Shown: one piece after another, positions 9,436 through 15,764 of the stretch | How positions within the stretch are numbered: position 1 is the stretch's first letter | How the letters are laid out: each line of letters opens with the position of its first letter | From: Bacillota bacterium | GTDB lineage: Bacteria; Bacillota_I; Bacilli_A; ML615J-28; CAG-698 | Length of the DNA stretch: 64,000 nt | Reading direction: 5' to 3' | NCBI GenBank assembly: GCA_016280895.1 | Contig: JAEEHM010000080.1 | Coordinates: forward strand, 1,297-65,296 | The notes under the pieces: model-generated | The model's input: only the letters and a program-made list of their open reading frames with translations | Told to the model about the DNA's origin: nothing | Databases searched by the model: none | Program-made: the position numbers and the translations under genes

Positions 9436-9969
9436 GTGAAGACAATATGTGGATCAAGCTGTTCAATTATTGATATGGCAGGTGATTTTTATGAAGCTTA
9501 TAATAGATGTGTCGAAAATAAAAATGTAAGAAATAATGGATTCGGAACAACAATTGCTGATGTAGTTAATGTTCCTGCAATAGTTAATGGAGCTTTTGCA
9601 ATTGAATTATACTTAAAAAGTATGATAGATCCAAAGAAAATTGAGAACAAGAGAATTCACAATTTAAAAAGGCTTTATTCTTTTTTGAAAAAGGAAGAAA
9701 AGAATGAACTAGAGAAAAGAATATGTGAAGAACTTTTAAAAATGAATTGGCAAATAAATAATGACACATTACAAGCAAATAGAAAATCTAGTACCGAAAA
9801 AGATATATTTGAAATATGCTTGAAAGGTATTAGCGAAGCTTTTGCTTATTGGAGATATATTTTTGAAAAGAAAAACACAGGGTTTGGTTTTCTTAATACA
9901 TTAAATGTGCTCCCAGTATTTTTAAAAAATATAAAAGTTTTTGCAGAAGAAAAAAATGGTAGATTGTAA
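9436..9969 (+). CDS. Hypothetical protein, possibly HEPN-like
   Basis: GTG start with RBS gaaggag. Helical pattern AFAIELYLKS...RIHNLKRLY...AYWRYIFE resembles HEPN-type helices by eye only. Confidence 0.4.
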   Translation: MKTICGSSCSIIDMAGDFYEAYNRCVENKNVRNNGFGTTIADVVNVPAIVNGAFAIELYLKSMIDPKKIENKRIHNLKRLYSFLKKEEKNELEKRICEELLKMNWQINNDTLQANRKSSTEKDIFEICLKGISEAFAYWRYIFEKKNTGFGFLNTLNVLPVFLKNIKVFAEEKNGRL

Positions 9970-10042
9970 ATAAAAATTGATAATAATTGAATAAATGATT
10001 GATTAAAACGAAGAGATATGATAAAATAATATTGATCAATGA

Positions 10043-10099
10043 GTTGGTGTACTGCTGGGTGGTGGCCTTTGGGTTGCAGCAGAGCCAACTTTTCTTTTT
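10043..10099 (+). terminator. GC-rich hairpin plus T-run terminator
   Basis: gttggtgtactgctg ... cagcagagccaac followed by ttttcttttt. Confidence 0.7.
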
Positions 10100-10114
10100 G
10101 TATAAACTCTAAAA

Positions 10115-10135
10115 CGAAACAAAATGTTTCGAAAT
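10115..10135. repeat. 21-bp palindrome-containing repeat cgaaacaaaatgtttcgaaat (copy 2)
   Basis: Identical to 7867-7887. Confidence 0.9.
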
Positions 10136-10223
10136 ATGCGTTTTTTGATATAGTATCTTTTTAAAAATGGTCTGTCAAAAACTATGGTGAAAACTATTTA
10201 ACATTACTTTTAAAAAAATTCGA

Positions 10224-10252
10224 TTGATAAATTGAGTGCTATATGATATAAT
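10224..10252 (+). promoter_or_regulatory. Sigma-A-type promoter of the HTH gene
   Basis: ttgata, 17 nt, tataat. Confidence 0.6.
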
Positions 10253-10292
10253 GATATTGCCCTATAATGTAGGGCGTTCAAGGAGAATACAT

Positions 10293-10595
10293 ATGAGCGA
10301 ATTCATCAACAATTTAAAAAAGCATGCTGTTAGAATAGAAGTACAACTTCCTGAAATCGATAAAGATTTTGTGAAAAGATTGAGAATCAGTTTAAATATG
10401 AGTCAATCATTATTTGCAAGTTATTTAGGAGTTACTAAAAAAGCTATTGAGAAATGGGAACAAGGTGTTAATAAAATAAAGGGAACAGCTAAGGTTTTAT
10501 TGTATCTGATAAATGATGATCCTAATATTCTTTCAAAAATAGCAAAAGTAGAATATAATGGCGAAAAACATGAATATAAGAAGGAGGCTATATAA
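10293..10595 (+). CDS. XRE/YiaG-type HTH protein (antitoxin-like, no toxin partner seen)
   Basis: RBS aaggag plus ATG at 10293; the upstream extension from 10236 covers the promoter. LRISLNMSQSLFASYLGVTKKAIEKWEQGVNKIKGTAKVLL is the YiaG/HigA-like HTH pattern. Confidence 0.7.
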   Translation: MSEFINNLKKHAVRIEVQLPEIDKDFVKRLRISLNMSQSLFASYLGVTKKAIEKWEQGVNKIKGTAKVLLYLINDDPNILSKIAKVEYNGEKHEYKKEAI

Positions 10596-10686
10596 ATATG
10601 AAATATGTAAAAGCAAATCAAAAGAGAGTAACAGATGTTAAATGTCAATATTATTTTAACCAAAAAAGAGAATATTAATTAAACCA

Positions 10687-10715
10687 ATTGACTATTTAAA
10701 TAAAGCAGAGTATAA
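10687..10715 (+). promoter_or_regulatory. Consensus promoter driving a short structured transcript
   Basis: ttgact, 17 nt, tataat. Confidence 0.6.
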
Positions 10716-10777
10716 TTAGCAATGCATACATTAATGATGCAATATTATTTGTATGCGCGTTTAAGGAGGTGGTAATC

Positions 10778-10861
10778 ATGAAAAGCCTTATTAAGGCGAT
10801 TATGATAATGGTACAGGGCCCAGAGTTGCATCGCTGTCCACCTCCAATAGCTATTTTATAA
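10778..10861 (+). CDS. 27-codon small ORF (MKSLIKAIMIMVQGPELHRCPPPIAIL) whose SD can be sequestered by its own 3' end
   Basis: SD ggaggtgg (10765-10772) sits 5 nt before the ATG and is perfectly complementary to ccacctcc (10838-10845) inside the ORF. Coding status is unproven. Confidence 0.3.
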   Translation: MKSLIKAIMIMVQGPELHRCPPPIAIL

Positions 10862-10879
10862 AAAATTTTAAAAAAATTA

Positions 10880-10909
10880 TTGACAACAATTACATTTATT
10901 TGATATAAT
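10880..10909 (+). promoter_or_regulatory. Promoter P1 (extended -10) for riboswitch 1
   Basis: ttgaca, 18 nt, tgatataat. Confidence 0.65.
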
Positions 10910-10928
10910 ACTAATGTAAATATAAGTT

Positions 10929-11017
10929 AATAGCAAAACACGGGAAACTGTGTGACGCAAAACTATAGGGTCTGAAATGATAGCCAGTTGCCAAATATAT
11001 TGGAAACTGGTTTTTTT
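10929..11017 (+). promoter_or_regulatory. c-di-GMP-I (GEMM-I) riboswitch 1 with intrinsic terminator
   Basis: agcaaaa, then cacgg-GAAA-ctgtg hairpin, then GACGCAAAACTATAGGG, TCTGAAA, TAGCCAGTTGCC. Terminator stem ccagttgcca / tggaaactgg (1 mismatch) plus T7. A second hairpin, ttttttgtaaca/tgttacaaaaaa, lies at 11012-11036. Confidence 0.8.
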
Positions 11018-11080
11018 GTAACATTTGTTACAAAAAAGAAAGATCGTGTTAAAAAATATTAAAAAAATTAAAAATATTTA

Positions 11081-11109
11081 TTGACAATATTTATAAAATA
11101 TGGTAAAAT
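11081..11109 (+). promoter_or_regulatory. Promoter P2 (extended -10) for riboswitches 2 and 3 and the operon
   Basis: ttgaca, 17 nt, tggtaaaat. Confidence 0.65.
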
Positions 11110-11142
11110 ATTGTTGTAAATTAAAAATAGTACTACAAGTGC

Positions 11143-11235
11143 TAAAGGCAAAGCAAGAGAAATCTTGTGACGCAAAGCTATAGGGCCTGAAATGGTAGCC
11201 AGTTGTCATTTGATGTTGACAGTTGGCTTTTTTTG
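11143..11235 (+). promoter_or_regulatory. c-di-GMP-I (GEMM-I) riboswitch 2 with intrinsic terminator
   Basis: AAAGGCAAAG, then caaga-GAAA-tcttg, then GACGCAAAGCTATAGGGCCTGAAATGGTAGCCAGTTGTC. Terminator gccagttgtca / tgacagttggc (2 G-U pairs) plus T8. Confidence 0.85.
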
Positions 11236-11277
11236 TTCCTTATAGAATTTAAAAAGCTAGCCAAAGGTTTTTAATGT

Positions 11278-11367
11278 TAAAGGCAAAGCAAGAGAAATCT
11301 TGTGACGCAAAGCTATAGGGCCTGAAAATGGTAGCCAGTTGTCATTGATAGACAACTGGCGTTTTTT
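11278..11367 (+). promoter_or_regulatory. c-di-GMP-I (GEMM-I) riboswitch 3 with intrinsic terminator
   Basis: Near-identical to riboswitch 2 over about 68 nt, with one extra A. Perfect terminator stem gccagttgtc / gacaactggc plus gTTTTTT. Lies 45 nt upstream of the 11413 start. Confidence 0.85.
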
Positions 11368-11412
11368 ATACCCCTGCAATATTTGAGAAGAGAGAAAGGA
11401 AGGTAATTAGTT

Positions 11413-12132
11413 ATGAAATTACTGACAACGAAGTATCTGATTACCAAGAACTTCTTACTTCTTGGAATATTGGTTACAGGTTTGTTATCAGCGATCATCG
11501 GTGTGTTAGCGTTCTTTGGTCAAAACATGGGAACATTCGTTATATCACTTGGTGATGATGCCTTTAGGACAGGTATTATCTTATCAGATAATAAAGAATT
11601 CACAACTTCAAGTCCACGTTTGTTGGTTAACCCAGTTAACAACTCAATGCCTGTATCGTTTGATGATATAGCAATTCAAGAGTGTATGTCAACAGATGGT
11701 GACTTTGAAGATCCAAAAAATCTTACTTATATCGGTTATACCTTCTATCTTATGAATGAAGGAAACACAATTGTAGATGTAGAATTCAATATTGATATTG
11801 TAACTGTTACAAAAAATATTGATGCAGCTGCAAGAGTAATGCTGATACAAGATGATGATGTAGAACATTTATCAATTTATAGAAAAGCGGATTCTAATCC
11901 AATAAATTACTACGATCACACTCCATACGAGTTATCAAAAGACTTTGAATCAAGTAGTAGAGTGTGCACAAACACCTTTGAGTCTTTTAGACCAGGTGAT
12001 GTTAAAAAGTACACTTTATTTATTTGGTTAGAAGGTTGGGATGAAGATTGCAACGACTCAGTAATGGGTGGACAATTAAGAATGAACATGACATTTAACA
12101 TTGTTAAGAGTCTTGTTGAAGATGATGATTAA
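11413..12132 (+). CDS. TasA/camelysin-like secreted or anchored protein with SipW-type signal-peptide-like N-terminus (accessory fibre component?)
   Basis: RBS aaaggaagg. N-terminal TM ending GVLAFFGQNMGTF, compared with the TasA signal ...GGGTWAAFND. C-terminal pattern MGGQLRMNMTFNI resembles the TasA-family terminal strand. Confidence 0.5.
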   Translation: MKLLTTKYLITKNFLLLGILVTGLLSAIIGVLAFFGQNMGTFVISLGDDAFRTGIILSDNKEFTTSSPRLLVNPVNNSMPVSFDDIAIQECMSTDGDFEDPKNLTYIGYTFYLMNEGNTIVDVEFNIDIVTVTKNIDAAARVMLIQDDDVEHLSIYRKADSNPINYYDHTPYELSKDFESSSRVCTNTFESFRPGDVKKYTLFIWLEGWDEDCNDSVMGGQLRMNMTFNIVKSLVEDDD

Positions 12133-12259
12133 AAGTAATTTATTAAATGTGATGAAAAATTAGTTTTTCTGATTCTTATTATGGTAATAACAAAAAGAAC
12201 AAAATAAAAAAAGAAAAGAACAAACAAAAGAAAAGGATTTTAAAAAAAGGAGAAAAATT

Positions 12260-13054
12260 ATGAAAAAATTTACTACAAAATTATTAATGTCTATTATTGC
12301 TGTTGCTTTTGCTTTCGTAGCATTAGGAACTTCTACTTATGCATGGTTCTCAATGAACACTGAAGTTACAGTTACTGGTATGCAAGTTGTTGCAAAATCA
12401 GATAACACTTATTTATTAATTGGTGATGGTGAAAATAACACTGCTGCTAAAATTCAAGGATTAGAAACTGCTGTTACAGTTGATCTTGCAATTTCTGATG
12501 ATGATTCTAAAGTATATCCAAGTGCACCAAAAACTGCTGACGACATTGGAGAAGGCAAAAAATTTGCTGATGGCACAGCTGTAACTGATGCTACATCTGC
12601 TGCTGCTTTTGCTAACTGGTATACTGCAAATGCTGAAAAATCAAGTGAAGCTACAATGAAAGCTGGAACTGCTAAATCATTAACAAAATTTGATGGTTAT
12701 GTATTAGTAAAGACTGTATATTTAACTGTAGCTAAAGGTGCTAACCCTGCTAAAGCTTTAACTGCAACTGCTACTTTTGCTCAAAAAGGTGAAGGAAATG
12801 ATTTATCTGCTGCAAGAGTTCTTGTTACAACTGATTTAGGCGCTGGAGGAATGGCAGTTTTATCATCAACAAATGCTTCAAATGTTGCAATCGCACCTGC
12901 TGATGCTGAAATCACTGAAAATACACTTGTAACTGTAAATCTTTACATTTACGTTGACGGAAATGACAGCAAAATTTTCACTAACAATACAGCTAATTTA
13001 AAAGGTGCTACTATTTCATTAGCATTTAATGTTAGTTCAGTACCTGCTGCTTAA
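12260..13054 (+). CDS. TasA/camelysin-family protein with SipW-cognate signal peptide (putative major fibre subunit)
   Basis: RBS aaaggag. MKKFTTKLLMSIIAVAFAFVALGTSTYAWFSMN matches the SipW-dependent signal class (G-T-x-A-x-F-[NST]). Ala/Thr-rich and Cys-free. C-terminal LKGATISLAFNV. Followed by a hairpin. Confidence 0.65.
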   Translation: MKKFTTKLLMSIIAVAFAFVALGTSTYAWFSMNTEVTVTGMQVVAKSDNTYLLIGDGENNTAAKIQGLETAVTVDLAISDDDSKVYPSAPKTADDIGEGKKFADGTAVTDATSAAAFANWYTANAEKSSEATMKAGTAKSLTKFDGYVLVKTVYLTVAKGANPAKALTATATFAQKGEGNDLSAARVLVTTDLGAGGMAVLSSTNASNVAIAPADAEITENTLVTVNLYIYVDGNDSKIFTNNTANLKGATISLAFNVSSVPAA

Positions 13055-13087
13055 TAAAGCAACAAATATTTAACGATATTTAATTTT

Positions 13088-13120
13088 ACGCCTAGGCGAA
13101 AACCTAGGCGTATATTTATA
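13088..13120 (+). terminator. Hairpin (attenuator or terminator) after the putative major subunit gene
   Basis: acgcctagg-cgaaaa-cctaggcgt followed by a weak T-tract. An extended -10 (tggtaatat, 13187-13195) follows. Confidence 0.55.
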
Positions 13121-13236
13121 TAAAACATTAATATGTGAAAATATAACAATTATTTTTCATAAAATATAGATTTTTTGTTAAAAATGTGGTAATATATGTT
13201 ATATAACTATGCTTATAAGATATATGAGGTGAATAT

Positions 13237-14127
13237 ATGGAAAATACTAAACAAATGAACCCAAAAGTAAAGAAAATATTAAGTATTGTATTTAATGTTT
13301 TATTTTATGCTTTCTTAGTATTGTTATTTGCATTTTCAATCAGTAATATTAGAAGTAGAAAAAATAATATTCCAAACATCTTTGGTGTTGGATATTTGCA
13401 AGTCCAATCAGGATCAATGACCGGCACTTTCGAAAAAGGAGATTTTATTTGGGTTAAAATTGCAAACGATAAAAAAATAGATAAACTTGAGATTGGAGAT
13501 ATAATTACTTTCTATGATCCTGCGATTTCTGAATCTATCGTGAATGCTGGTGGTGAAGATGATGGAACATCATTGAATACCCATAGAATCGTTGATATTA
13601 AAGAGATGGATGATGGATCATTACGATATATTTGCCAAGGTGATTATGTAAAAATTTCATTTCCAGCCAATGTTTATGATTCATCAAAATCAAGTAATAC
13701 TATGATTCAAATAGTTACAAAGGATAATATTCGTGCTATCTACACAAGCAATATGGGTAAAGGCATGACTGGCATCTTAAAGTTTGCTAAGTCAAGTTTA
13801 GGATTTGGATTATGTATTGTACTTCCAACTGCATTATTATTAGTTTATGAAGTTGTAATGTTAATTAGAAACATTATGAAGTTAAATAAAGAGAAGTTAG
13901 AAGCTCAAATGGCTGAAACACAAGCTGCTCAACAAGAAGATTTAGAAGCTCAAAAACAAAGAATGAGAGAAGAATTACTTGCTGAATTAAGAGCAGAACA
14001 AGCTAAATCAAATGAAGCTCAAGAAGCACAAGTAGAAAATGTTCAAGAAGAAAAAACATCTGAAGATGTTCCTGAAGAACAACCTGTTGAAGAAGAAAAA
14101 GTAGAAGAAAATAAAGAAGAAAATTAA
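13237..14127 (+). CDS. sipW: SipW-type (S26B, archaeal/ER-type) signal peptidase I with C-terminal TM and charged coiled-coil/acidic tail
   Basis: N-terminal TM. Catalytic Ser box QSGSMTGTF, His box NTHRIVDI, CQGDY. Second TM LGFGLCIVLPTALLLVYEVVMLI, then about 85 aa of E/Q/K-rich tail ending ...KTSEDVPEEQPVEEEKVEENKEEN. Confidence 0.75.
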   Translation: MENTKQMNPKVKKILSIVFNVLFYAFLVLLFAFSISNIRSRKNNIPNIFGVGYLQVQSGSMTGTFEKGDFIWVKIANDKKIDKLEIGDIITFYDPAISESIVNAGGEDDGTSLNTHRIVDIKEMDDGSLRYICQGDYVKISFPANVYDSSKSSNTMIQIVTKDNIRAIYTSNMGKGMTGILKFAKSSLGFGLCIVLPTALLLVYEVVMLIRNIMKLNKEKLEAQMAETQAAQQEDLEAQKQRMREELLAELRAEQAKSNEAQEAQVENVQEEKTSEDVPEEQPVEEEKVEENKEEN

Positions 14128-14147
14128 TTTAGTAACGAGGTGAAAGG

Positions 14148-15713
14148 ATGACAGAGTTCGCAAGATATTACGTAACTTTCTTAAGGGAATTATTCTCTAA
14201 TATATGGGATTTCATTAAGACATTATTTGGTGCCTTTGCGAATCTTCTATATTATGACATTAAAGACTATTTTAATATATTAGTTAATGCAAGTAATGGA
14301 TTTAACATCCTTGACTGGATTGTATTTGTATTTGTATTAATTATTAATGTTTCATTTATTGCTTTAATTGTAATAAGAATTGCTCAAGCAATAAGACGTC
14401 ATCATAAAAATAGAAAGAAAGATGCTGAAAAAGCAGAATTGTTAGAAGAAATAGCTGGACTAAATTATAAAGTTGAAGAATTAATTAATGAAAAAAATCA
14501 ATTGTTTGCTATGAAAGTTTCATCATTAGGTTTGCGTGCTAATGGTACTGTACCAGTTGAAGGTGGAGGATCATCAACTGAAAGAGGTGGTAAACCTGGT
14601 GAAGATAAGAAACTAAAAGCTGGTGAATCAAGATTCGTTAAATTAATCAATGTAGATAAAGACTACAATAAAGTTGCTATCATCACAAACATGGGTGAAG
14701 CTGATATGGTTAACTTGCCAGAATTAGTAGATAGATTTGTAAACTTCAGTGCTAGCCAATTGAAATTATTCTATGAAAAGAAATTAATTGCTATTTGGTT
14801 TGCTGGACTTGCAACATCTAAGATTTTAATTCTTGAAGGTATATCTGGTACTGGTAAAACATCACTACCATATGCTATGGGTAAGTTCTTCCAAAACGAT
14901 GCTGCTATCGTTTCAGTACAACCATCTTGGAGAGATAGAGCTGAAATCATTGGTTATTTAAATGAATTCACTAAGAGATTTAATGAAACAGATTTCTTAA
15001 AAGCATTATATGCTACTACATATCGTGATGATATTAATATCATCATCCTCGATGAAATGAACTTAGCACGTATTGAGTATTATTTTGCTGAATTCTTATC
15101 AATCATGGAAATGCCAGATGTCAATGAATGGAAGATTGATATCGTTCCTGATTCATTAAGTACAGACCCAGTTAATATTGTAAATGGTAAATTATTAGTA
15201 CCACAAAATGTTTGGTTCATTGGTACAGCCAATAAGGATGATTCAACATTCACAATTACTGATAAGGTATATGACCGTGCTACTGTTTTAGAGATGAACT
15301 CAAAAGCTAAATATATTGATGCAGCATTTACACCAGCTATCAATATGACTTATGAATACTTAGATAATCTATTCAAGAAAGCTTTGGAAGAACATCCATT
15401 ATCTTCTAAATCACTTGATAACTTAGCTAAGGTTGATAAGTTCATTGCTGCTAATTTCAAGATTACATTTGGTAACCGTATTCTTAAACAAATCAAGATA
15501 TTCGTACCTGTATTTGTAGCTTGTGGATTTAGTGAAACAGAAGCTATTGATTATTTCTTAGCTTATAAGATTATTAGAAAATTTGAAAGTTTAAATCTAT
15601 CATTCTTACATAATGAATTAAACGAATTGATATCTGTATTAGATAAGATATACGGCAAGGGTGCATGTGAAGAATGTATTTCTTGTATTAAAGACTTTAT
15701 TAAGAATTCATAG
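14148..15713 (+). CDS. Membrane-anchored McrB-family (AAA+ GTPase) protein
   Basis: TM ILDWIVFVFVLIINVSFIALIVI, a short coiled coil and a Gly-rich linker. Walker A EGISGTGKTS, Walker B IIILDEMNLARIEYYFAEFLS. FIGTANKDDS aligns with McrB IGLMNTADRS, giving the NxxD motif NKDD. Confidence 0.7.
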   Translation: MTEFARYYVTFLRELFSNIWDFIKTLFGAFANLLYYDIKDYFNILVNASNGFNILDWIVFVFVLIINVSFIALIVIRIAQAIRRHHKNRKKDAEKAELLEEIAGLNYKVEELINEKNQLFAMKVSSLGLRANGTVPVEGGGSSTERGGKPGEDKKLKAGESRFVKLINVDKDYNKVAIITNMGEADMVNLPELVDRFVNFSASQLKLFYEKKLIAIWFAGLATSKILILEGISGTGKTSLPYAMGKFFQNDAAIVSVQPSWRDRAEIIGYLNEFTKRFNETDFLKALYATTYRDDINIIILDEMNLARIEYYFAEFLSIMEMPDVNEWKIDIVPDSLSTDPVNIVNGKLLVPQNVWFIGTANKDDSTFTITDKVYDRATVLEMNSKAKYIDAAFTPAINMTYEYLDNLFKKALEEHPLSSKSLDNLAKVDKFIAANFKITFGNRILKQIKIFVPVFVACGFSETEAIDYFLAYKIIRKFESLNLSFLHNELNELISVLDKIYGKGACEECISCIKDFIKNS

Positions 15714-15738
15714 ATTTCTATGAATTCTTTTATTTTTT
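15702..15738 (+). terminator. Perfect 11-bp hairpin plus T-run overlapping the stop of the McrB-like gene (intra-operon attenuator?)
   Basis: aagaattcata-gatttc-tatgaattctt followed by ttattttttgg. Only 27 nt remain before the next start, so there is no room for a promoter. Confidence 0.6.
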
Positions 15739-15764
15739 GGTAAAGTAAAGAAAGGAGAAAAGGC

